From assembly GCA_016219285.1 (NCBI GenBank), contig JACRNJ010000051.1:5620-69619 (forward strand): a stretch of 64,000 nt of DNA, given 5' to 3'. This stretch comes from Deltaproteobacteria bacterium (lineage in GTDB: Bacteria; Desulfobacterota; GWC2-55-46; UBA9637). Below are positions 28,853 through 37,146 of this stretch, piece after piece. Under the pieces are notes generated by a model, which was not told the DNA's origin, made no database searches, and saw only the letters and a program-made list of their open reading frames with translations. How positions within the stretch are numbered: the first letter of the stretch is position 1; each line of letters opens with the position of its first letter. The translations under genes were made by a program, and so were the position numbers.

Positions 28853-29137
28853 ATGATAAAGAGTGTTCTTATGGAAAAGGTTGCCGAAAAGGTTAAAAAT
28901 TTTACAAAAAAAGATGTTGAGGTAATTGCAGATGCAATCTTTGACAACATGAAGGGCAGCCTCGCAAAAGGTGAAAAAATTGAAATCAGGGGTTTTGGAA
29001 GCTTTAAGGTAAAAAAGCACAAGGCGCGGAAAGGTAGAAATCCAAAGACAGGAGAAAGTATAGATATCAATGCTAAAAAAAACCCATTCTTCAAGGTTGG
29101 TAAAGAATTAAAAGAAAGGATAAATAGTTCACGTTGA
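28853..29137 (+). CDS. HU/IHF-family DNA-binding protein.
   Basis: 94 aa. GFGSFKVKKHKARKGRNPKTGE is the HU/IHF arm motif. Confidence 0.8.
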   Translation: MIKSVLMEKVAEKVKNFTKKDVEVIADAIFDNMKGSLAKGEKIEIRGFGSFKVKKHKARKGRNPKTGESIDINAKKNPFFKVGKELKERINSSR

Positions 29138-29230
29138 AAAACGCCTGACACATGGCTCTGTCATGGATGCCCCGCTGCGTTGCCGGAGCCTGTTCCGAGC
29201 AGAGAGAGGAATCTGTGCTGCTCACATACC

Positions 29231-29312
29231 TGTAGCTTGCCCGACCCAACCTTCAGTTGGGCGCCCAATGGGCGTTTTTAAAAGCGCCGATAAATCGGCA
29301 CACTACAATCGC
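29231..29312 (+). repeat. Structured dispersed repeat (three consecutive hairpins ending GCGCCGATAAATCGGCA), family copy b.
   Basis: Shares gtagcttgcccgacccaacctt.agttgggcg...ggcgtttttaaaagcgccgataaatcggca with copies at 30011-30143 and 42311-42469. Confidence 0.6.
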
Positions 29313-29356
29313 CTTGTATCCGGGAGATTTTTGAGCGTGAATTACCATAAATAAAC

Positions 29357-29881
29357 ATGAAGCAGATTTGGGCGCCCTGGCGCGCAGAATATATACACGG
29401 ACAAAGGCTTAGCCGCTGCATCTTTTGTAAAGAATACAGCAAAGATAACAAAAGAGGGTTGGTTCTTTATAAGGGAGATTTTGCAGCAGTAATGATGAAT
29501 AAATTCCCTTACAACAATGGGCATCTCCTTGTGTATCCTTGGAAGCATACAAGCTCGTTAGAAAATATGGATAAAGAAGAAATATTAGAGCTTTTTAAGC
29601 TAATAAAGTTGTCTGTATCAATACTAAAAAAAGAGATGAATCCAGGCGGGTTTAATATCGGCATGAATCTAGGAAAAGATGCGGGGGCAGGGATAGAAGA
29701 ACATCTCCACTTTCACATAGTCCCGCGATGGAACGGAGATACAAACTTTATGTCTGTTATAGATGAGATTCGTGTGCTGCCGGAACATCTTGAATCAACT
29801 TACAATAAGCTGCATCCTCATTTCCAAAAGTTGAAGATAAGCGCCGATTCAGGAAAATCAGGCACAGAAATTCATGAATAG
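29357..29881 (+). CDS. HIT-family (histidine triad) hydrolase.
   Basis: HLHFHIVPR histidine triad motif. Confidence 0.75.
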   Translation: MKQIWAPWRAEYIHGQRLSRCIFCKEYSKDNKRGLVLYKGDFAAVMMNKFPYNNGHLLVYPWKHTSSLENMDKEEILELFKLIKLSVSILKKEMNPGGFNIGMNLGKDAGAGIEEHLHFHIVPRWNGDTNFMSVIDEIRVLPEHLESTYNKLHPHFQKLKISADSGKSGTEIHE

Positions 29882-30010
29882 TATAAAATATGAAAAATTC
29901 AAAGGTCTCAATATTAGAAAAAATGATTGCACAGATATTTCAAGGAGTTTAAATCTGTGTCCTCTAATCTTTTACCTGGCAATCAGAGATTGTTGAGTTT
30001 TTCAACAAGC

Positions 30011-30143
30011 TCCTATAGTGGACGACAAAAAAATAAGTAGCTGTAGTTTGCCCGACCCAACCTTTGGTTGGATACCCCATGGGCGTTTTTAAAAGCGCCG
30101 ATAAATCGGCAGACCACAAATTTATGTCGCTGCCTATAGTAGT
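30011..30143 (+). repeat. MITE-like repeat element, ~130 bp, with imperfect terminal inverted repeats (CTATAGTGGACGAC...GTCGCTGCCTATAG), family copy c.
   Basis: Near-identical over ~130 bp to 42311-42469. Same hairpin core. Confidence 0.6.
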
Positions 30144-30167
30144 CTAAAGACTTGTATTTGTATTGTT

Positions 30168-30767
30168 ATGGCTAAAAAAAAAATACCATCCAGTCAAAAA
30201 CAGCAAAGATTAAGAAAAAAAAGAGGCATCGCCGGCGGAGCTATTCTGACAGTAATCATAACTGCCCTGCTTACAGTGGCGCTTGGAATATATCTCCTGA
30301 CTAAGTATGGCGAAAAACTCCCAACTTTTCTGATTCTACAGAGGCCGGAGATAAAAATAATAAACCTATATTTTTCTAATGACGAGGGTATTGCATTAAA
30401 TGCAGAAAAAAGGAAGATAGTAAAAGGTGGTTTGGTAAAAGAAATTAAACAGAGTCTAGACGCTCTTATCAATGGTCCAAAGGGAAGGCTTATATCTACT
30501 ATTCCTAATGGCACACGACTTCTTGACGTGGAGATTAAAGAAGAAGTTGCGTTTTTGAATTTTAGCAAGGAGATATCAGAGAAACACCCTGGTGGAAGCT
30601 ATGCGGAAGCGCAAACTGTCTATTCAATTGTAAATACAATAACCCTCAACTTCCAGGAAGTAAAAAGGGTACAACTCCTCATACAAGGGAAAAAGGCGAA
30701 GACCCTTGCAGGTCATATAGATATTTCCTTTCCACTTGGATATAACAAAGACTTTATAAAAGGATAA
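30168..30767 (+). CDS. GerMN-domain (sporulation/germination-like) lipoprotein or membrane-anchored protein.
   Basis: N-terminal TM. C-terminal LLIQGKKAKTLAGHIDISFPL resembles a GerMN domain. Confidence 0.45.
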   Translation: MAKKKIPSSQKQQRLRKKRGIAGGAILTVIITALLTVALGIYLLTKYGEKLPTFLILQRPEIKIINLYFSNDEGIALNAEKRKIVKGGLVKEIKQSLDALINGPKGRLISTIPNGTRLLDVEIKEEVAFLNFSKEISEKHPGGSYAEAQTVYSIVNTITLNFQEVKRVQLLIQGKKAKTLAGHIDISFPLGYNKDFIKG

Positions 30768-30774
30768 TACACCA

Positions 30775-33201
30775 ATGCAAAACAAATTTTTAAAAATACT
30801 AAATGAACGTCCTATCCTCTTTGACGGCGCTACCGGCACAATGCTTCAGAGGCTTGGGCTAAAGCCAGGCGGCTGCCCTGATGAGCTTAATATCACAAAT
30901 CCCATTATGATAAAGACAGTTCACAAAGGATATATGGACGCAGGCTCTGATGTTGTTACAACATGCACATTTGGCGCCAATAGAACCAAGCTAATGGAAT
31001 ATAATCTTGAAAACCAACTCCATGAAATAAATCTCAAGGCAGCGAAAAACGCAAAAGAGGCAGCCGGTGAAGATAAATTTGTTGCAGGCGGACTTGGGCC
31101 AACCGGCAGGTTTTTGGAACCTGTAGGCAACCTGTCATTTGATGAGGCAGTGGATATATTTTCGGAACAGGTTAATGCGCTTGCACAAGGCGGCGCTGAT
31201 TTAATTATCATTGAAACGATGATGGACATAAGAGAGATGAAGGCGGCAATCATTGCTGCGAAGGCATCTGGCCTGCCGGTAGTGGCAACAATGACCTTTG
31301 ATGAGACAATGAGAACGGTGCTCGGCACTCCGCCAGAGGTGTTTGCCATAGTTGCAGAGAGTCTTGGCGCTGACGTTATTGGCGCTAATTGCAGCCTTGG
31401 AATAGAAGGAATCTATAAGGCTGTTAAGGCCATGAGCGGGGTTACAAATCTCCCTTTAATTGCACAGCCTAATGCAGGCATACCGTATCTAAAAGACGGG
31501 AAAACAATATTCCCTGCCAGCCCTTCCGAGATGGCAGACTATGTGCCGAAACTTTTGGATGCAGGCGTCAGGATAATAGGCGGCTGCTGCGGCACAACGT
31601 CGGAGCATATAAAGGAGATGAAGTCAGAAGTCAGAAATAAAAAGTCAGAAATCAAAAGTCAGAAGTCAGAAATAAAATCAACAAGACTTGCAAGCCGCTC
31701 AGGATTTGTAGACTTTGGAAATGGCCGGCCATCTGTAATTGTGGGTGAAAGGATAAACCCGACCGGCAAAAAGCTCTTTCAACAAGAAATCAAAGAAAGG
31801 AAAACATCTACCATCCGTAAAGAGGCAAAGTCTCAGGCTGATGCAGGCGCACATATCCTTGATGTAAATGTCGGAGTGCCTGGAATAGATGAGTCTGCAT
31901 CAATGCAGATGGCGGTCTTTGCAGTTAATGAGAACTGCCAGCTACCCATAGTTCTGGATTCCTCAAGTCTTGAAGCCTTAGAAATAGGTCTAAAGGCAGT
32001 TGACGGGAAGGTGCTGATAAACTCGGTAAGCGGGGAGGAGAAAAAGTTAAGCACAATCCTTCCTCTGGCAAAAAAATACGGAGCTGCTGTGCTCGGCTTG
32101 ACACTGGATGACAATGGGATACCCGCGACGGCAGAAGCAAGGGTTTACATCGCTGAAGCCATATTAAAGAGGGCGCTGGAATGCGGAATTTCAAAATCCG
32201 ATGTTGTAATAGATTGTCTTGCAATGACTGTAAGCGCGGATCAGAAATCTGCAATGGAAACGCTCAAGGCAATAAGGATGGTCAAGGAAAAACTAGGGCT
32301 TTCAACCATCCTCGGTGTAAGTAACATCTCATTTGGCCTTCCAAACAGGGAGATAATAAATGCAAATTTTCTGACAATGGCAATTGAGGCAGGTCTTGAT
32401 GCTGCCATAATCAACCCTCATAATAATTTGATGATGGATGCGTATCATGCTGCGCTTGTGCTGACTGGCTATGATTTGAGGGCAGAGAGATATATAAAGA
32501 GATATGGCCAGAAGTTAGAAGTTAGAAGCCAGAAGTCAGAAGAAAAAGAAGAACCCAAAACAATTGATGAAAAGTTGAAGAAGGCGATTATAGGCGGTGA
32601 TGAGGAAGGGATTGTTGCATTGGTAGAAGAGGCTTTGAAACAAGGATGGGACCCGTTGAAGATAAGCAATGCGGGGCTCATACCTGGACTTGAAGAAGTT
32701 GGACGATTGTTTAATAAAAACATTTACTTTCTGCCGCAGGTTATGCTTTCTGCCGATACCATGAAAAGGGCGTTTGACAGATTGAAAAAAGAGTTTAAAG
32801 GGAAAAAAACACAAAGCATGGGCAAGGTTTTGATGGCAACTGTTGAAGGCGACATTCACGATATCGGGAAGAATATTGTATCCACACTATTAGAAAATCA
32901 TGGTTTTGAAGTCATTGATTTGGGAAAAAATGTCCCTGCCGATAAAATAATACAAGAGGCTGTAAAAAACAATGTGGATGTGGTAGGCCTGTCAGCCCTG
33001 ATGACGACAACGGTTATGGAAATGGATAATGTCATAAAAAGGCTTAAGGCAAAAGGCGTGCCTGTCCTGACCATGGTCGGAGGCGCTGTGGTAAATCAGG
33101 AGTTCGCAGACAAGATAGGCGCAAATGGTTATGCCAAGGATGCGCTGGAGGCGGTTGATAAGGTGAAAAGACTGGTTAAAAAGGAGAAGCAGCATGCATA
33201 A
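30775..33201 (+). CDS. metH: Cobalamin-dependent methionine synthase MetH, short form lacking the activation domain.
   Basis: Hcy-binding domain (GGCCGT), pterin-binding domain, B12-binding motif DIHDIGKNIV...G in 808 aa. Two low-complexity linker inserts. Confidence 0.9.
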   Translation: MQNKFLKILNERPILFDGATGTMLQRLGLKPGGCPDELNITNPIMIKTVHKGYMDAGSDVVTTCTFGANRTKLMEYNLENQLHEINLKAAKNAKEAAGEDKFVAGGLGPTGRFLEPVGNLSFDEAVDIFSEQVNALAQGGADLIIIETMMDIREMKAAIIAAKASGLPVVATMTFDETMRTVLGTPPEVFAIVAESLGADVIGANCSLGIEGIYKAVKAMSGVTNLPLIAQPNAGIPYLKDGKTIFPASPSEMADYVPKLLDAGVRIIGGCCGTTSEHIKEMKSEVRNKKSEIKSQKSEIKSTRLASRSGFVDFGNGRPSVIVGERINPTGKKLFQQEIKERKTSTIRKEAKSQADAGAHILDVNVGVPGIDESASMQMAVFAVNENCQLPIVLDSSSLEALEIGLKAVDGKVLINSVSGEEKKLSTILPLAKKYGAAVLGLTLDDNGIPATAEARVYIAEAILKRALECGISKSDVVIDCLAMTVSADQKSAMETLKAIRMVKEKLGLSTILGVSNISFGLPNREIINANFLTMAIEAGLDAAIINPHNNLMMDAYHAALVLTGYDLRAERYIKRYGQKLEVRSQKSEEKEEPKTIDEKLKKAIIGGDEEGIVALVEEALKQGWDPLKISNAGLIPGLEEVGRLFNKNIYFLPQVMLSADTMKRAFDRLKKEFKGKKTQSMGKVLMATVEGDIHDIGKNIVSTLLENHGFEVIDLGKNVPADKIIQEAVKNNVDVVGLSALMTTTVMEMDNVIKRLKAKGVPVLTMVGGAVVNQEFADKIGANGYAKDALEAVDKVKRLVKKEKQHA

Positions 33202-33673
33202 GCTTCCTGCGCTAAAACAACTGGAAGAAGAACTGAAAAAACTGGAGAAGGAACTCAGAATAGATCTGCCCAAAGAGCTAAGAACAGCCGCGGCTCATGG
33301 TGATTTCAGGGAAAATGCTGAATACCATGCCGCAAAGGAGAGGCAGACATTTCTTCAAGCAAGGGTTGCACATTTACATACACGGATAAACGCCCTTGCA
33401 TCAATCAAGTTAGACAGTCTGCCGAGGGATAAGGTTGCATTTGGTTCAAAGGTTTTTTTAGAAGACTTAAATACAGGCGAAGATATTGTGTACGAGCTTG
33501 TTACACCCGAAGAGGTTGACCCAAGAAATGGAAAAATATCCATAGCCTCTCCCATAGGCAAGGCACTTCTGAATAAAAAAGCCGGAGATGAAGCAGCCAT
33601 ACAACTTCCCACAGGGAAAAAAGAATATGAAGTAAAGCGGCTTATTACATTGCATGATATATTAAAAGATTAA
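33194..33673 (+). CDS. greA: Transcription elongation factor GreA.
   Basis: 159 aa, coiled-coil N-terminus plus FKBP-like C-terminus. 8 nt overlap with metH. Confidence 0.8.
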   Translation: MHKLPALKQLEEELKKLEKELRIDLPKELRTAAAHGDFRENAEYHAAKERQTFLQARVAHLHTRINALASIKLDSLPRDKVAFGSKVFLEDLNTGEDIVYELVTPEEVDPRNGKISIASPIGKALLNKKAGDEAAIQLPTGKKEYEVKRLITLHDILKD

Positions 33674-33878
33674 AACAACCTGTTGATTTCTGACAATATC
33701 GGCAGACATGCTTAAATCAGCCTCCCGCCTTACAAAGACTCCATCTTCCGCGGCGGATTCGGCCATGCATTCAAGAAAGTTGTATGCACCATAAGAAACA
33801 AGGATTGTGACAACTGCCTCCTTAAATCAAAATGTATCTATTCTTATGCGTTTTAAATGACAATAATTAATAAAATAG

Positions 33879-33907
33879 TTGACAAGCTAACTGCCTTGTT
33901 TTAATAT
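33879..33907 (+). promoter_or_regulatory. Sigma70-type promoter for trxA: TTGACA, 17 nt spacer, TAATAT.
   Basis: Consensus -35 at 33879-33884 and -10 at 33902-33907, about 30 nt upstream of the ribosome-binding site AGGGGGG and the ATG at 33940. Confidence 0.6.
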
Positions 33908-33939
33908 CGTGGAAAAAAATTAGCAGGGGGGATACAATC

Positions 33940-34269
33940 ATGTCTGAAAAACTTTTAAATATTACTGACAAATCGTTTGAACTGGAGGTTTTGAAATCTG
34001 ATATTCCTGTGCTGGTAGACTTTTGGGCTACGTGGTGCGCCCCCTGCAGAGCCATTGCACCGATTATTGAGGAGATGGCAGAGACGTATGCCGGTAAGAT
34101 AAAGGTGGCGAAAATGGATGTTGATGAAAACCCCTCTACCCCCGGCAAGTATGGTGTTAGAGGAATTCCCACATTGATATTATTTAAGAAAGGAGAAGTA
34201 ATAGATCAGGTGGTTGGAGCTGTGCCTAAAAACCAGATAAAGGGGTTTATAGAAAAGGCAATCTCTTAA
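33940..34269 (+). CDS. trxA: Thioredoxin.
   Basis: WATWCAPCR active site. 109 aa. Confidence 0.9.
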   Translation: MSEKLLNITDKSFELEVLKSDIPVLVDFWATWCAPCRAIAPIIEEMAETYAGKIKVAKMDVDENPSTPGKYGVRGIPTLILFKKGEVIDQVVGAVPKNQIKGFIEKAIS

Positions 34270-34379
34270 TTATTAAGGATATAACAATTGAATTGACAGG
34301 GATTAGAAAATCTCACCTTGCCCTGAGGTCTTGTATCTAAAATCCCAGATAAACCTATTTTTCGGCAACAATTTAATAA

Positions 34380-34454
34380 GGGCGGTTAACTCAGCGGCAG
34401 AGTGTCACCTTCACACGGTGGAAGCCACTGGTTCAAATCCAGTACCGCCCACCA
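34380..34454 (+). tRNA. tRNA-Val (anticodon CAC).
   Basis: Cloverleaf folded by hand: acceptor GGGCGGU/ACCGCCC, anticodon loop UUCACAC, T-loop GGUUCAAAUCC, CCA encoded. Confidence 0.85.
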
Positions 34455-34508
34455 TAAAAACAGTTCATAGCTGCCGGCTCCAAATGGTAGGCAGCCCTCC
34501 TCAGATTA

Positions 34509-35510
34509 TTAATCCATATCTGCCGCTTCGGCTAAATTCTTCGCAACAATAATTGCGCCATACCTGTCAATTGAATTTGCGGCAACAACTTGTCTCCTTA
34601 ACAATTTGCGTTGAAACGCAACCTCTTTTGCCACAGCATCCGCCATCTTTTTTGAGGTTGTAATAAGTATGCTTGATGCCATCTCATCATGCTCTGCCTG
34701 AGAAAGCAAATCCGCAGCTATCCAGCCGGGCTCGCCAGCGCCGTCATTTATAATTAGTATCTCGCTTGGTCCGGCAACCATATCAATATCCACGATGCCG
34801 AACACAAGCCTCTTTGCAGTCGCAACATAGATATTGCCGGGACCGACAATCTTATCCACCTTTGGGATGGTCTCTGTGCCATACGCAAGGGCAGCAATGG
34901 CCTGGGCTCCGCCTGTCTTATATATTTTGTCAACCCCTGCAATCTCTGCCGCCGCAAGGACATACGGGTTTATCCCGTTCTTGGACGGCGGCGTTACCAT
35001 AACCACCTCTTTAACGCCAGCAGCTTTAGCAGGTATTGCATTCATCAAGACAGTGGATGGGTAAACGGCCTTCCCTCCAGGAACATAGATGCCAACTTTT
35101 TCAATGGGGGTAATCATCTGCCCTAACACAGTTCCATCTCCTTCAGCAAATGCCCACGATTTTGTGAGTTGTCTTTTGTGAAATAACTTTATTCTCTTTG
35201 CGGCAAGTTCCAATATTTTTAAATCATTCATGGGAATCTTTTGCAGCGCTTTTTTGATTCCTCTTTTTTCTACCATCAATTCTTTGCCCTTAAGCCTGAC
35301 GCCGTCAAACTTTTCTGTATACTTCAAAATACTTTTATCGCCATTCTGTTTTACATCTTGCAGAATAGCCTTTACAACCTCCTCCGTACGGCTGGTATCG
35401 GACTCCCCCCTTTTAATGATGGCATCCATGGTTTTCGTAAAACTTTTTTCCTTTGTATAAAATATCTTCATGGCTATCACATTATACAAGAGGCAAGAGG
35501 CAAGAGGCAA
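34509..35510 (-). CDS. hisD: Histidinol dehydrogenase, apparently truncated at the C-terminus (~55-60 aa short).
   Basis: Motifs VGIYVPGG, GGAQAIAALAYG, GPSE, AEHD present. The ORF stops ~50 aa after AEHD, 55 nt from tRNA-Val, with no room for the missing part. Confidence 0.6.
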   Translation of the reverse strand: MPLASCLLYNVIAMKIFYTKEKSFTKTMDAIIKRGESDTSRTEEVVKAILQDVKQNGDKSILKYTEKFDGVRLKGKELMVEKRGIKKALQKIPMNDLKILELAAKRIKLFHKRQLTKSWAFAEGDGTVLGQMITPIEKVGIYVPGGKAVYPSTVLMNAIPAKAAGVKEVVMVTPPSKNGINPYVLAAAEIAGVDKIYKTGGAQAIAALAYGTETIPKVDKIVGPGNIYVATAKRLVFGIVDIDMVAGPSEILIINDGAGEPGWIAADLLSQAEHDEMASSILITTSKKMADAVAKEVAFQRKLLRRQVVAANSIDRYGAIIVAKNLAEAADMD

Positions 35511-35543
35511 GGTTTTCTTGCTTCCAACTTCCTGCCTCCGGTT

Positions 35544-36296
35544 TTAACTCCCCATATCTCCAAGCTCATACTGAATAATTGCCGCAACGCTTATGGCTGC
35601 TGTCTCTGCCCTTAATATCCGCGGCCCAAGCGTTACCGTTAAAAAACCTGCCCTTTTTGCCTCGGCTATTTCGTCATCTGAAAACCCTCCTTCAGGACCT
35701 ATTAAAACAACGCATCCTATAAATTTACTTTTCAAAACATCTTTAAGGTTATTTCTCGTTCCCATGCTCTGCGTGAGAACGCCTTCCCACGGGATAATCT
35801 TGCCATACTTATCTCCTACCCTTAGAACCTCTGAAAATGTTTTAAGCTCCTCTATTTTGGGAATAACATTTCTTCCGCATTGTTTTGCCGCCTCAATGGC
35901 TATGTTTTGCCATCTCTGGATTTTATTTGCGCTTCGCATAGTTACCGGTTTTGACACAACCCGTGAAGCAACAAATGGTATAATCCTTGAAACGCCAAGC
36001 TCTGTTGCCTTCTGGATTATCATTTCCATCTTTTCCGGCTTCACAATACCTTGGGCAAGGACTATCTCTATCGGACTTTCTCTTACAACCTCAAGCTGTT
36101 TTTCTATAGCAATGAGCGCATCATCCTTGCCGATAATTTCTATATTGCCTGCAAATTCTCGCCCCTTTCCATCAAACACAATAACCTTATCCCCTTTTTT
36201 TAGACGAAGCACATCCTTCAAATGGTGAAGTTCTTTGCCTGCTAATAAAACTGATTTTTCGTTGCTGCCAGGCTTCTCTATAAAAAATCTCCTCAT
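35544..36296 (-). CDS. rsmE: 16S rRNA (uracil1498-N3)-methyltransferase RsmE.
   Basis: 250 aa. PUA-like N-terminus and SPOUT C-terminus (LVIGPEGGFSDDE). Confidence 0.75.
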   Translation of the reverse strand: MRRFFIEKPGSNEKSVLLAGKELHHLKDVLRLKKGDKVIVFDGKGREFAGNIEIIGKDDALIAIEKQLEVVRESPIEIVLAQGIVKPEKMEMIIQKATELGVSRIIPFVASRVVSKPVTMRSANKIQRWQNIAIEAAKQCGRNVIPKIEELKTFSEVLRVGDKYGKIIPWEGVLTQSMGTRNNLKDVLKSKFIGCVVLIGPEGGFSDDEIAEAKRAGFLTVTLGPRILRAETAAISVAAIIQYELGDMGS

Positions 36297-36428
36297 AACC
36301 CCCCTCTTTTGGTAGAATTTAATCCATATCTGTTAATAATATCAAAAATGGCAGGAAATTTATTGATTTCTTTTGCCAGATACGATATATTTATAAAAAA
36401 TAAAATCTATTTTTGAGAAGGAGAATCT

Positions 36429-37043
36429 ATGTTTCTTTGGCGCCAAGGTATTGCTGGCAAATTACCGGTAGCAGTTCTGATGGCATCATTTCTTATTTTT
36501 ACATATTATGCAATATCTCTTTCAGCAGAAAAATCAAAAGGAGACAGTAAAATGGAAAAATTAAAGAACACCCATGCGGTGCTTCAAACAAAATTCGGCA
36601 GTATTGATATAAAATTTTATCCGGATGTTGCCCCAAATCATGTGAAAAACTTTATAAAACTTAGCAAGGAAGGCTTTTATGATGGCACTATATTTCATAG
36701 GGTTATACCAGGTTTTATGATTCAGGGGGGAGATCCTAATACAAAGGGGACTGATAAGAATATTTATGGCACTGGTGGGCCTGGCTACAATGTAAATGCT
36801 GAATTTAATAATATAAGCCATAAGAGGGGCATGGTATCAATGGCGAGGGCGCAACATCCTGATAGCGCAGGGTCTCAGTTTTTTATAGTTGTTAAAGATT
36901 CCCAGTTTCTTGACAACCAGTATACTGTCTTTGGCGAGGTTGTGAAAGGAATGGATACTGCTGATAAAATTGTAAACCTCCCAAGGGATTCAAGAGATAT
37001 TCCCGGTGAAAGGGTTGATATGATAATCAAGATAACAGAGTGA
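36429..37043 (+). CDS. ppiB: Cyclophilin-type peptidyl-prolyl cis-trans isomerase with N-terminal membrane anchor.
   Basis: FHRVIPGFMIQGGD and QFFI motifs. Confidence 0.85.
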   Translation: MFLWRQGIAGKLPVAVLMASFLIFTYYAISLSAEKSKGDSKMEKLKNTHAVLQTKFGSIDIKFYPDVAPNHVKNFIKLSKEGFYDGTIFHRVIPGFMIQGGDPNTKGTDKNIYGTGGPGYNVNAEFNNISHKRGMVSMARAQHPDSAGSQFFIVVKDSQFLDNQYTVFGEVVKGMDTADKIVNLPRDSRDIPGERVDMIIKITE

Positions 37044-37068
37044 TGAGAGATTTCCTTTAATCTGTTCC

Positions 37069-37119
37069 GTAAAAATCAAAAGTAGACATTTGGGAAAAAT
37101 CAAAAGTAGACATCAGGGG
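37069..37119. repeat. Tandem pair of degenerate hairpin-motif copies (AAAAATCAAAAGTAGACAT x2) between the convergent ppiB and cbiA genes.
   Basis: Direct reading. Confidence 0.4.
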
Positions 37120-37146
37120 TAAATCACAGGTAATATTCACAGATGT

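Noticed and set aside
29231-30143. The two adjacent repeat copies b and c, considered as a CRISPR-like array around the HIT gene.
   Set aside because: The copies are ~80-130 bp structured elements separated by a 525 bp gene. They are not short regularly spaced repeats.
33700-33870. 260 bp gap between greA and trxA, checked for a riboswitch or sRNA.
   Set aside because: No conserved riboswitch signature recognisable by eye. Only the trxA promoter was supported.
34331-34552. 73 aa ORF overlapping tRNA-Val.
   Set aside because: It covers a clearly folded tRNA gene. The translation is an artefact.
35593-36228. 211 aa + strand ORF opposite rsmE.
   Set aside because: The - strand frame carries the RsmE motifs. 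The + frame is Ser/Pro-rich antisense.
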